A stretch of DNA of 64,000 nucleotides from Elusimicrobiota bacterium (GTDB lineage Bacteria; Elusimicrobiota; Elusimicrobia; UBA1565; UBA9628). Below the pieces are notes generated by a model. It ran no database searches, was not told where the DNA came from, and saw only the letters and a list, made by a program, of their open reading frames with translations. The stretch is from positions 43,526 through 107,525 of the forward strand of contig DAHVNA010000001.1 of the NCBI GenBank assembly GCA_027319565.1, written 5' to 3'. A program made the translations under genes and the position numbers. Below are positions 48,481 through 57,886 of the stretch, piece after piece; position 1 is the stretch's first letter; every line of letters starts with the position of its first letter.

Positions 48481-50427
48481 TTAATCAGCCAGAATTTTAG
48501 GCGTGACAAAAATTAAGAGCTCATCGCGAGTGCGGACGACGTTTTTGCTCTTAAAGAGCCATCCGAGTATCGGAATATCTCCCAAGATCGGAACCTTGGC
48601 GATTTGATTGGTGACGGAATCGTGAATAAGTCCGCCGATGACGATGGTCTCTCCGTCGCGCACGAGAACGGTTGTTTGGGCGATGCGAGAGTCAATGGCC
48701 GGGGCTCCGGTCGCGGCGTTTCCAGCGACGGTGACGGAGGGTTGGCTGACATTGGGGTTGATAATCAAGGTGATTCTTCCGTCCGCGTTGATGGTTGGAG
48801 TGACCGAGAGCTGAATTCCGGTCGTGACATATGTCACGGTTTGGGTTTGGGTGCCAAGACCTCCGGCGATCACGTTAGCTGTCACGTAAGGGATTTGGGT
48901 TGTGACATTGATGTTGGCGGCTTGATTGTTTAAAGTCGCGATTTTAGGATCGGATAACACTTTAAGTTTTCCTTCTGCGGCGGCGGCAGAGAGTGTGGCG
49001 CTTAAAAACATGCTGTTGGTAATGCGGCCCAAGGTCAATTCCCCAAAAATAGTCGAGGCGGGAAGATTGACTCCTGTTCCTCTGGCGATGGCGTTGGTGA
49101 CAGTGGTCATCGCTCCGGAAGTCGGCATGGGCATCACTCCGGTCGCGCCCGCGCCGTTGGTGAGATTGGGGTTGGTGAGAAAAGGAGTTTGGGTGGTTGA
49201 GTTTAAAGAATTGGGCGGGGTAATCGTTCCAATTAAATTCTGTCCGTTTGTGCCTCCAATATTGCTGTTATTGACGCCCTGATAATCCCATTGGACGCCG
49301 AGGTTTAAATTGTTGTTGAGACTCACTTCGACGAGTTTAGTTTCAATGAGGACTTGTTTGGGACGGACGTCTAATTCTTTAACAAGCCTTTCAGTCGAGG
49401 CGACGGCCTCAAGAGGAGCGGTGACGATGAGGGAATTAGTTTTAGCGTCGGCTAACGTCGTGCCTTTAACTCCTTGAGCCTTGTTGACCGCATTAATTTC
49501 CGGAAGAATATCAGAAGCCTTTGTATAGTTGAGCGTCAAAACCTTGGTGACCGTCGCGGCGGTCGCCTGGGATTTTGTCAAAGCCGAGGGAGTGAGAATC
49601 CGCAGAATATCGTTTCCAACCTGCATCGTGGATAAATTCATCATAGCCAGCACGGTTCGAAAGGCTTCGTTAAACGGAACATGAGAGAGGTGAAGAGTGA
49701 GGTTGCCGCTGACATCCGGGCCGTAGACGATATTAATTTTAGATTTCGCAGCTAACAGCCGCAATACATCTCGGATATCGGTGTTGTCGAAATCAAGAGA
49801 GATGGGTTCCCGTGGCAGATGGCTGAGAATATCGATTCCCACGTCCGAACCGTGATGGATATGTTTTTTCTTTAAGGCGCTTCCAACTGCTTCTGGAACC
49901 GCGAGCTTGGGAAGAGAAGAGGCCGCGGGATCTAAGGGTAAAGTAGCGGGCGTTCCGGCCACGGGTTCGGTGGCTAAAGATAGGCTGACGCTGTCTATCT
50001 GCGCCTTGTCTTCTCCAATTAAAACCACGAGTTCTGAACCGTGATTGGTAACGCGGTAGGGCTCTAAATCTTTGAGATCAAAAACCACCCTGGCGACAGG
50101 CATCGGGTGATCTTTAAATTGGGCGATGCGCACGCTTTTGAGATAGCGGCCTTTGCCTTTGAGCCTTTTTTTAGGAGCCGGATAGCGCGAATTTTGTATT
50201 TCGACAACGAGTCTCGGGGGGCTTTTGAGGAGAAAGCTGTCATAAGTTTCCTGATGATTGAGCTTGATTTTAACTTCATCGGGAGAGAGTCGAACCGATT
50301 GAATCGTCGCGATTTCCGCCGCCATGATGATCGTAGGAGAAACAACTTGAAAAATGAGCAGCGTGATCATTAAAACGCGCTTAATATCGACAGTCCGAGG
50401 AAGGGCCATAATTTTTTCTCCATTCAT
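48481..50427 (-). CDS. pilQ: Type IV pilus secretin
   Basis: AMIN domain, ISLDFDNTDIRDVL, QVLIETKLVE, DGETIVIGGL, KVPILGDIPILGWLF. Confidence 0.9.
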   Translation of the reverse strand: MNGEKIMALPRTVDIKRVLMITLLIFQVVSPTIIMAAEIATIQSVRLSPDEVKIKLNHQETYDSFLLKSPPRLVVEIQNSRYPAPKKRLKGKGRYLKSVRIAQFKDHPMPVARVVFDLKDLEPYRVTNHGSELVVLIGEDKAQIDSVSLSLATEPVAGTPATLPLDPAASSLPKLAVPEAVGSALKKKHIHHGSDVGIDILSHLPREPISLDFDNTDIRDVLRLLAAKSKINIVYGPDVSGNLTLHLSHVPFNEAFRTVLAMMNLSTMQVGNDILRILTPSALTKSQATAATVTKVLTLNYTKASDILPEINAVNKAQGVKGTTLADAKTNSLIVTAPLEAVASTERLVKELDVRPKQVLIETKLVEVSLNNNLNLGVQWDYQGVNNSNIGGTNGQNLIGTITPPNSLNSTTQTPFLTNPNLTNGAGATGVMPMPTSGAMTTVTNAIARGTGVNLPASTIFGELTLGRITNSMFLSATLSAAAAEGKLKVLSDPKIATLNNQAANINVTTQIPYVTANVIAGGLGTQTQTVTYVTTGIQLSVTPTINADGRITLIINPNVSQPSVTVAGNAATGAPAIDSRIAQTTVLVRDGETIVIGGLIHDSVTNQIAKVPILGDIPILGWLFKSKNVVRTRDELLIFVTPKILAD

Positions 50428-50428
50428 T

Positions 50429-50941
50429 TTAGCGTTTTTCTCCCTTCATGCGAAGGACTTGCACGTCTCCGTCTCGAGCTTTTAAATAAACAGTTTTTCG
50501 CCGCGGGTCAATATGCCCGGTGACCCCCGGAATCGCTTTTCCCTTGGAATTATAAATTTTGTTTCCTTTTAAAATAAACCCGGCGCCGTAATTGGCGTCG
50601 ATGAGAAGGGCAAAACCGGTTTTTTTGCCGACCATGAGCCCTTGGAGGATGAGATTATGAATATTAAAGTCCGCCAGTTTAAAGGGCCTTTGTGGAGAAG
50701 AAGAGCTTCCGGAAGAGGCCTTTCTAAACGGATCTCGGAGACTGGAAGCGGTATAAATCATTGACGGCGTCAGCGTTGGTTTTGCGGCAACCTGGGTTTT
50801 CGGGGCGGGCGGTGGAAGTTTTCCCGCAGTGGCGGATTGAGCCTGGGAAGATTGCTTATTTTGAGCCGGAATTGGAATAGCTGAGCCTTTCGCATTTCCG
50901 ATAAAAATTAAGGATAAGGCGAGGGCGATAAAATTTTTCAT
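50429..50941 (-). CDS. pilP: PilP-like protein
   Basis: RDPF motif and position between pilO and pilQ; no clear lipobox. Confidence 0.6.
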   Translation of the reverse strand: MKNFIALALSLIFIGNAKGSAIPIPAQNKQSSQAQSATAGKLPPPAPKTQVAAKPTLTPSMIYTASSLRDPFRKASSGSSSSPQRPFKLADFNIHNLILQGLMVGKKTGFALLIDANYGAGFILKGNKIYNSKGKAIPGVTGHIDPRRKTVYLKARDGDVQVLRMKGEKR

Positions 50942-51492
50942 GTCTTGTATTGATAAGCTAGTAAAATAAAATTGACATGCATAAGGCCGGTTTCCGCGTT
51001 CGCGGGGCCAAAAGAGACGTCTTGAATATTGAAAATTCTCTTTTTGAGCGCCAGCGCCGCGAAGAATTTGCCGATATCATGAAATTGCCCTTCGATTGTA
51101 ATCGGGTATTGAAGTTCGAAAAAATAAGGTTTAGAGATTTGTTTGCCGGGAGAAAAACTAACGACTGAAATATTATATTGCTGGGCTAGCCCGCTGAGAG
51201 TCACAAGAGTGTCGCCCACGCTTTTCGAATTGGGTATTTGTTTAGAGACTTCGTTTGTTTGTTTGTTGAGCTCATTAAGCTGGACTTTTAGATGAGGCAT
51301 CATCATGGATTGCCGCGTTGCGGTCGTAATTTTTGAATTAAGATCGGAGATCTGTTTTTGAAGGTCGGCTTCTTTCTTAGAAATAGGAACCCAAAAAAAA
51401 GCGGTGTAGAGATATCCCAAAGAAGCGACGCACAAGACGGCGGCCAAGAGCATCTTCTGCTGGTTTTGAGACAGCTTGATTTTAAGCGTCAT
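50938..51492 (-). CDS. pilO: Type IV pilus assembly protein PilO
   Basis: TM, coiled coil, GQFHDIGKFF. Confidence 0.85.
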   Translation of the reverse strand: MTLKIKLSQNQQKMLLAAVLCVASLGYLYTAFFWVPISKKEADLQKQISDLNSKITTATRQSMMMPHLKVQLNELNKQTNEVSKQIPNSKSVGDTLVTLSGLAQQYNISVVSFSPGKQISKPYFFELQYPITIEGQFHDIGKFFAALALKKRIFNIQDVSFGPANAETGLMHVNFILLAYQYKT

Positions 51493-52052
51493 TGGGTATT
51501 GTTAGTGTAGAGCGCGGTCAATGTAAAATTATAGGTTTTTTGTTCGGAATCCACCCTTGTAATCGCTCCAAGATCGATATTGGAAAATCGCCCGGAGTTT
51601 TTAAGGCGGAGCATCCATTCCGCGATATCGTCTTGGGCCGCGGCTTCTGCCGAGATGTTTAATTTAAGAGGAGACATCTGGCTTCCGCCGCCGGTCGTGC
51701 TGAGATTTTTAACCTGGATGTCGAAGGGCACGCTTCTGACAAAGTCAGACATAAAATAAGGGTAAAACGTTCTTCCTTTGATCAAGGTCGAGATGACGCT
51801 TAAACGCTGTCGAATGGCCTTGGCCTCCGATTCAAGTTTGTCGACTTCAGAGACAATGACTTCGAGCTTTTTAAGTTTCGCTTGGGCTTCGGATAGGCTC
51901 TTTTCCTCTTTAGTCATTTGTGAGTAATGGAACCAAGAGAGAAATAACAGAAACATGCAGGTGGCGGCCGCGGCCAAGGCCGCGCGGAAAAGAAGTTCCT
52001 TTTCTTTGGCCTTTGCCAGTATCTCCGCCGGAACGAGGTTGATTCTAATCAT
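51489..52052 (-). CDS. pilN: Type IV pilus assembly protein PilN
   Basis: MIRINLVP N-terminus, TM, coiled coil. Confidence 0.85.
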   Translation of the reverse strand: MIRINLVPAEILAKAKEKELLFRAALAAAATCMFLLFLSWFHYSQMTKEEKSLSEAQAKLKKLEVIVSEVDKLESEAKAIRQRLSVISTLIKGRTFYPYFMSDFVRSVPFDIQVKNLSTTGGGSQMSPLKLNISAEAAAQDDIAEWMLRLKNSGRFSNIDLGAITRVDSEQKTYNFTLTALYTNNTQ

Positions 52053-52067
52053 GAGATTTCATAAAGC

Positions 52068-53267
52068 TCATATCCAATCATTGGGTTTGCGCAACGCAAG
52101 CCCGATGGCCACGGCAAAAGCCGGGGTGATTTCTTTTGGAATAGACTGGAAATTTTCTATCGCGGCCAGAGGATTGAGAACAGAAACAGGGGTTTTAAAT
52201 TCCAAGCTCAAATAGCGGTCTAAATTTTTAAGGGCGGCGGAGCCCCCCATCAAGACGATGCGGCTGATGACGCGGTCTGAGCCCTGGGAGAGAAAAAAGT
52301 CGACGGAGCGGTGGACCTCGATGGTTAAATCTTTCAAAACGCCCATCAAGGCGTCGGAAATCGCGACGTCTTCTTTGCGGCCTTCCGCGATGGCCGCGTC
52401 TTTCTGCTCGGCATCGAAAAGAAGGGCGTGGGCTCTCTTGAGAGACTCGGCTTGGGCTAGCTCGCAATTAAGGGCCTTCATGATGGCCCGCGTAAAGGTT
52501 TGTCCCGCGGTGAAAATATCGCGGACAACGCGGGTATTTCCCGCGTCAATAATGGAGAGATTGGTTACGGAATGGCCGATGTTTAAGTAGAGGGTCCCGC
52601 CGGGTTCCGCGGCGGAGGGATCGAATTGGGTAAAGAGGTTTTCAAGGGCGAAGGAATCGACATCAATGATGCTGGGGTTGAGGCCGGCCTCCTGGAGAAT
52701 CTCGACTCGGGATGAAATGATTTCTCTTTTTGCCGCGACTAAAACGGTCTCCATTTTCTTTTGGCCTTCTTCGGCGGCTTCGCCCAGAATGTGAAAGCCG
52801 AATTGGACGTCATTGACGTCAAAGGGAATGAATGGCTCGGCTTCAGTGGTGATAGTGGCCGAAAGTTCCGACTTGGTCAGAAGCGGGAACTTGACATAGC
52901 GGACAATCATCGAGTTTCCGGAGACTGAAGTCGCGGCATATTTATTTTTGATTCCGCTTTGGATTAAAAAAGCGCGCAGGGCGTTTAGTGTCCCCAGTTT
53001 TTTCTCTTCGGGAGATTCCTCGGGTTTATTCTCCAGTGGCAAATACCCCCAGGAGCGCAACATAAACCCCGTTTTGGTGGGCGATAAAAGGGCGATTTTA
53101 ACGGCGTAGCTTCCCAGATCGATTGCGAGGAGGCTTTTCCTCGCTTCTATCAAAGATTTGACGCGTTTAATTTGGCTGGATGCGGCCGCCGCGATTTTCG
53201 CAAATTTTTCTTTAAGGTTCCCTTTTATAGCCGTCTCCTTAATATGAAATAAAAAGCCATACTCCAT
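52068..53267 (-). CDS. pilM: Type IV pilus assembly protein PilM
   Basis: AIDLGSYAVK, IPFD, LVAAK, DVDSFAL, MGGSA, AVAIGLALR. Confidence 0.9.
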   Translation of the reverse strand: MEYGFLFHIKETAIKGNLKEKFAKIAAAASSQIKRVKSLIEARKSLLAIDLGSYAVKIALLSPTKTGFMLRSWGYLPLENKPEESPEEKKLGTLNALRAFLIQSGIKNKYAATSVSGNSMIVRYVKFPLLTKSELSATITTEAEPFIPFDVNDVQFGFHILGEAAEEGQKKMETVLVAAKREIISSRVEILQEAGLNPSIIDVDSFALENLFTQFDPSAAEPGGTLYLNIGHSVTNLSIIDAGNTRVVRDIFTAGQTFTRAIMKALNCELAQAESLKRAHALLFDAEQKDAAIAEGRKEDVAISDALMGVLKDLTIEVHRSVDFFLSQGSDRVISRIVLMGGSAALKNLDRYLSLEFKTPVSVLNPLAAIENFQSIPKEITPAFAVAIGLALRKPNDWI

Positions 53268-53294
53268 CTAATAAAATTAAAACCGTATAGACAA

Positions 53295-53323
53295 TTAATA
53301 ACAGGAATAAAGCGGACTGTCAA
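53295..53323 (-). promoter_or_regulatory. Sigma70 promoter of the pil-glycosylation operon
   Basis: TTGACA-17-TATTAA with extended TG. Confidence 0.5.
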
Positions 53324-53385
53324 GACTCTGAGCTTTAAAAAAAATTTGCCGGGGCTTGCCAGCTTTTGCTAAGTTATAAGCGGAT

Positions 53386-54417
53386 ATGGCACAAGACGCT
53401 TTAGCGGTTCAAGGTAGCTACGAAGTCCTCGGCAAAGAATTGTTGCGCCGCATCCATTCCCTGATGGTTGGCGCTCGGGTAATGGAAGAACGCCTAATCA
53501 AGATGTCCAAAAGCGGGGATGGCTTTTTTTGGATTGGAGGCCCGGGGGAAGAGGCCTTTAACGTTCCCTTGGGGCTTCAGGTCAAAAAGGGAAACGGGCT
53601 TGAATTTGATTATCTCCATCTCCACTACCGCTCCAGCGCGATTCTTCTGGCGATGGGAGCAAAGCCCATTGATTCGATACGCCAAATGCGTTCGGTTGCG
53701 ACAGACCCTTATTCCAAGGGCCGCAATTTCGTCAATCACGCCGCGATTCCCGAATGGAACGTTGTTCCGATGTCTCCGACCATTGAAACCCAATACTCGA
53801 CCGTCATCGGGACCGGCATCGCCCAAGCTAGAATTAAAACTGATGCTATTTCTATCGTCAACGGCGGCGATGGGGGAACGGCTGAGGGAGATTTTCATTC
53901 TTGTTTAGTATGGAGTAATCGTCCGGCGCTTCCGCTTCCGATTCTCATCATCGTGGTCAATAACGGCTACGCGATTTCAACCGCAGAATCAACCCAGCAC
54001 GGCGAACGCCAAATTTCCGATTGGGGCCGCGTTTTTAATATGGCGGCAAAAACGATTAACGGTAATGACCCGGTCGAATCTTACCTGGCCATTAAAGAGG
54101 CGATGGCCTATTGCCGCAAGGAGCGCAAACCCTATTTGTTAGAGGCGAAAACCAGTCGCTTAAACGGGCATTCCTCTTCTTCCGGAGCCAATCGCGTTCA
54201 AGAGCCGGATTGCATCGCTCTTTTTGAGGCGGAGCTTAAAAAACGCGGTTTAATGACGCAGGAAGAAATTGCCCGCGTGTGGGATGAGGCCGTTAAGGCC
54301 ATTGATCGCGATCAGCAGCAGGTCAAAACCGAGCCCTTTCCCAAGCCGGAAACGATTTGGGAAGACGTCTTTGCCGAGGGCCTGCCCGAATCTTATCCGA
54401 CCAAGGGGGGAAGCTGA
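53386..54417 (+). CDS. 2-oxoacid dehydrogenase E1 alpha (branched-chain type likely)
   Basis: TPP motif GDGGTAEGDFH...NNGYAIS; RLNGHSSS. Confidence 0.88.
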   Translation: MAQDALAVQGSYEVLGKELLRRIHSLMVGARVMEERLIKMSKSGDGFFWIGGPGEEAFNVPLGLQVKKGNGLEFDYLHLHYRSSAILLAMGAKPIDSIRQMRSVATDPYSKGRNFVNHAAIPEWNVVPMSPTIETQYSTVIGTGIAQARIKTDAISIVNGGDGGTAEGDFHSCLVWSNRPALPLPILIIVVNNGYAISTAESTQHGERQISDWGRVFNMAAKTINGNDPVESYLAIKEAMAYCRKERKPYLLEAKTSRLNGHSSSSGANRVQEPDCIALFEAELKKRGLMTQEEIARVWDEAVKAIDRDQQQVKTEPFPKPETIWEDVFAEGLPESYPTKGGS

Positions 54418-55475
54418 TGGCCAATATGGCTCAGGCCATTCGTCTGGCCCTTCACTACGGCGAGGAAAATCTCGGGGTCAAGGAGATTTTTGGCGAAGAT
54501 GTCGGCGCGCCTTTGGGCGGTGTTTTTACCGCGACCCAAGGGCTTAAAAACGCTTGGAATTCTCCGTTGGATGAGCGCGGCATCGTCGGCGCGGCTCTGG
54601 GGCTTGCATGGGCGGGTTCTCGCCCGGTCGCTGAAATCCAATTTGTCGATTATATCTTCAATGTCATTGATTTGTTAAAACTCTGCGGGAATGCCCACTG
54701 GACTTCCGCTGGCAGATATAAAACTCCGATGGTCTTGATGACTCCCACGGGATCGGGCATTCACGGCTCGGTCTACCACTCCCACTCTTTCGATTCCATT
54801 GCCTCGAAAATCCACGGCATGAAGGTGGTTTGTCCCTCAACTCCTATAGACGCATATGGTCTTATGATTGCTTCTATCAAAGATGATAATCCGGTTTTGT
54901 TCCTGAAGCCGAAGGCTCTCTTGCGCACCAAGGGGGAAGAGTTAATTCCCGGCGAACCTGCCGATGAGAAAGAGCTTAAGGCCGCTATTGACGCTCCAAT
55001 TGGCGACCGCAGCCAGTGGAAGCCGAATTGGCCCAAGGTTCAGGAATACACGGTTCCCATTGGAAAAGCCAAAATTTCTAAGCCCGGCAAGGATGCGACC
55101 GTTGTCACGCATGGCCGCCTGGCCCCCATCGCTCTTGAGGCCGCCAAGGAGATGTTGTCTGCTGGAGAAGGCGATGTCGAAGTCATCGACATGCGTTCCC
55201 TGATTCCGTATGACTGGGCCGCCATTCGCGATTCAATTCGCAAGACCGGGCGAGTTTTGTTTTTGAATGAAGAGACGGAGATTTCTAATTTTGGCGAGCA
55301 TTTGTTTCGCCGGACTGTTGACGAATTGTTTTACGAATTAAAAACCCGCCCGCGTCTTCTCTGCGGGAAAGCGACCCCGGGAATCAGCTTGTCTCCCAAT
55401 CTCGAATATTTCACCGTCCCTCAGAAAGCGGATGTTTTGCGCGGCATTCGAGAGCTTCTCTCCGAAGAAGCGTAA
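54417..55475 (+). CDS. 2-oxoacid dehydrogenase E1 beta
   Basis: FGEDV..GGVF, PLDERGI, EIQFVDY, YHSHS, EVIDMRSLIPYD. Confidence 0.9.
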   Translation: MANMAQAIRLALHYGEENLGVKEIFGEDVGAPLGGVFTATQGLKNAWNSPLDERGIVGAALGLAWAGSRPVAEIQFVDYIFNVIDLLKLCGNAHWTSAGRYKTPMVLMTPTGSGIHGSVYHSHSFDSIASKIHGMKVVCPSTPIDAYGLMIASIKDDNPVLFLKPKALLRTKGEELIPGEPADEKELKAAIDAPIGDRSQWKPNWPKVQEYTVPIGKAKISKPGKDATVVTHGRLAPIALEAAKEMLSAGEGDVEVIDMRSLIPYDWAAIRDSIRKTGRVLFLNEETEISNFGEHLFRRTVDELFYELKTRPRLLCGKATPGISLSPNLEYFTVPQKADVLRGIRELLSEEA

Positions 55476-55497
55476 TAAAAATTCTCGCCGCCGGGCG

Positions 55498-55902
55498 CTA
55501 CGCCACGCGCCAAGGCCTATAGGAGTCGGCGTTTCCGGTGGCGCCGTCAATTCCCATAATTTTTGCGATCTCGCCGCGAAGCTTCGGCCCATCAAAGGGT
55601 TTTGTGATATAGGCGCGGGCACCGATTTCTAGCGCGCTTTTGGCGATTTCAATATCGTATTCGCCGGTGAGCATTAAGACGATCACGCTGGGATCGGCCT
55701 TAAGGGCAGCCTGAAGGACGGCGATTCCGCTTATTTCCGGCATCGCGATATCTAATAAAATCAACTTGGGTTTTTGGGTTTCAATCCTAAGCAGGGCTTC
55801 TTTCCCGTTGGAGGCTTCTGAAATTTCGCCGAGTCCCGAAAGAAGAATGCGCAAGGTTTCCCGAATCTCGGCGTTGTCGTCGACAATTAGAATGGAGCCC
55901 AT
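55498..55902 (-). CDS. Single-domain response regulator
   Basis: IVDD, LDIAMP, LT, KPF. Confidence 0.9.
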   Translation of the reverse strand: MGSILIVDDNAEIRETLRILLSGLGEISEASNGKEALLRIETQKPKLILLDIAMPEISGIAVLQAALKADPSVIVLMLTGEYDIEIAKSALEIGARAYITKPFDGPKLRGEIAKIMGIDGATGNADSYRPWRVA

Positions 55903-55980
55903 GTAAGGTTTCAGCCTCCAAGAAAAGTATAGCAGTATCCAGTCAAGCCGTCCACCGCGAAAGTCCTGTCAGATGCGCCA

Positions 55981-56352
55981 TTATTCCCCGAGAATGTTGA
56001 TATCAACGGAATCGACGGGCTTGCAGGCTTTTGAGCAGGTATAAAGCTGGACATGGGATGTACACTCCGCTCCGGTTAGAAAATTCTGAAATTCCCAGAG
56101 AAAGGCTCGGAGGGTGAAAGCGTAATATCCCTTGGAATCGGTCGCGACGGTTTTTTCATCCTCGATTTTTTCGCTGATTCTGTCTGTTCGGTCGCATTCC
56201 TTGATGATTTGTCCCTTAATGGTTAACGGTTGACCGTTTTTGAGCGTCGCTTGTCCACTTTCCTTTTGCCAATAAAGGCGCGGGTAGACGATGCACCCTG
56301 AAAAAACCAGGCACAGAAAAACGGGCCAAGGCCTCAGATTTTTCCGTTCCAT
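55981..56352 (-). CDS. Putative Cys-rich lipoprotein
   Basis: Lipobox-like VFSGC. Confidence 0.55.
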   Translation of the reverse strand: MERKNLRPWPVFLCLVFSGCIVYPRLYWQKESGQATLKNGQPLTIKGQIIKECDRTDRISEKIEDEKTVATDSKGYYAFTLRAFLWEFQNFLTGAECTSHVQLYTCSKACKPVDSVDINILGE

Positions 56353-56648
56353 CCTTCTTCCTTTAACAAGGCCGCTTTTTTCTTGACTCCGCCCGGCGCG
56401 GAAAACCCCGTCAATTTTCCGGTGGCGCTGATAACGCGGTGGCAGGGAATGATCGGCGAAAACGGATTTTTAGCCAAGGCTTGGCCAACGGCCCTGGCCG
56501 CGCGCGGTTTTTTTATCTTTTTTGCGATCCAGCCGTAGCTGCGCGCTTGTCCCTTGGGAATCTCGGCGCAAGCTTTCCAGACGGACTGGTAAAAAAGAGG
56601 GTAGCTTGCCATTTTTTTTAGAATCGCCTTGGGTATTTTGGGTTTCAT
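56334..56648 (-). CDS. ogt: Methylated-DNA-protein-cysteine methyltransferase (short)
   Basis: RAVGQAL, IPCHRV. Confidence 0.88.
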   Translation of the reverse strand: MKPKIPKAILKKMASYPLFYQSVWKACAEIPKGQARSYGWIAKKIKKPRAARAVGQALAKNPFSPIIPCHRVISATGKLTGFSAPGGVKKKAALLKEEGWNGKI

Positions 56649-57745
56649 TTTGGCGGATAGATGATTTTTCCAAGAATTCTAGACCCCCGTGCTCCGGTGG
56701 CCGCAGGACAATTATTGGGAAGCCGCTTAAAAGCGCGATAAGCCAGCCAGGCAAAGCAAGCCGCTTCCTTGGCCATGACCGGCATTCCGCGCTCTTGGGC
56801 GCTTATGACTGGGATGGTCTTTAAAGCCAGTGACAATCTCCGCATGAGAAAATGGTTTAAGGCTCCCCCGCCGCTGACAATGACCTCGGAGACTTTTTGA
56901 GGCGCGAAATCTTGAATAGCTCTTGAGATGGACTCGGCCGTCAAATCAGCTAATGTCGCGAGAACATCGGGCAGATTTTCCCGGCTTAGTTCGCCAAAAC
57001 CGTCGTTTAAAAATTTTTCCCCGAATTCATTTCTGTCCAGGGATTTCGGCGGAGATTTCTTGAAGTAAGAAATCTTAAGCCATTCTTTTATTTTTTCCGG
57101 GTTTGATTTTCCCTGCGCGGCCAAAGCTCCGTTTCGGTCCAGCGATTTTTTGCCGGAACTTAGAACTCTCACCGCCAAATCCATCAGGCAATTGCCGGGG
57201 CCGGTGTCAAAAGAACTCCAGAGCTTGTTTTTGCCCACGAAGCTGAGATTGGCGATGCCGCCGATATTGAGAACGGCGCGAAGCGGGCCCGATCCGTATA
57301 AAAATTGGTCGAAGGCCGCGATTAAAGGCGCTCCTTGTCCGCCGGATGCGATATCCTGGGGCCTAAAATCGGCGATGACGGGGCAGCGCATTTCTTCCGA
57401 GATAAAGGCGGGTTCCCCGATTTGAAAGGTGTTGGGCGGATTGTCCCCGGGGCCGTGCCAAAGCGTTTGGCCGTGGGAGCCGACAAGATCGATTGGGCGC
57501 CCTTTCGATATTTCCCGCGCGGCCTTGGAAAATAGAATTCCAAGAGCGGCGTTGAGGCGAGAGATTTCTTTGATATTGAGGGTCGATGCGTTGAGGATTT
57601 TTTCCCGCAATTCCTTTTTAAACGGAAATGTCTTAAAACGGAGGACTTGAAGGGATTTTTCCGAAATTAAAGTCAGCGCCGCCGTGATTCCATCGGCGGA
57701 AGTGCCGGACATAAGCCCTATGACCTTCATTTTTTTCTGTAACAT
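56645..57745 (-). CDS. anmK: Anhydro-N-acetylmuramic acid kinase
   Basis: GLMSGTSADG, GSHGQT, GGQGAPL, NIGGIAN, DTGPGN, KEA. Confidence 0.94.
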   Translation of the reverse strand: MLQKKMKVIGLMSGTSADGITAALTLISEKSLQVLRFKTFPFKKELREKILNASTLNIKEISRLNAALGILFSKAAREISKGRPIDLVGSHGQTLWHGPGDNPPNTFQIGEPAFISEEMRCPVIADFRPQDIASGGQGAPLIAAFDQFLYGSGPLRAVLNIGGIANLSFVGKNKLWSSFDTGPGNCLMDLAVRVLSSGKKSLDRNGALAAQGKSNPEKIKEWLKISYFKKSPPKSLDRNEFGEKFLNDGFGELSRENLPDVLATLADLTAESISRAIQDFAPQKVSEVIVSGGGALNHFLMRRLSLALKTIPVISAQERGMPVMAKEAACFAWLAYRAFKRLPNNCPAATGARGSRILGKIIYPPK

Positions 57746-57794
57746 TTTTTTTACAAACTTGAAATCTTTTTGTGACGCGCTTCTGTTAACCTAA

Positions 57795-57886
57795 ATAGTG
57801 ACGGAACACAACGGTACGACACCACGATGACAACAGCTCACACGCTCCTAAATCTTGGCGCCTCTTCAAGAGGCGCCTTTTCTTTT
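57795..57886 (+). ncRNA. Candidate small RNA (unverified)
   Basis: Extended -10 TGtTAACCT at 57784-57792, A/C-rich body, plus-strand terminator although both neighbours are on the minus strand. Confidence 0.3.
57857..57886 (+). terminator. Intrinsic terminator-like hairpin
   Basis: GGCGCCTCTT-C-AAGAGGCGCC followed by TTTTCTTTT. Confidence 0.6.
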
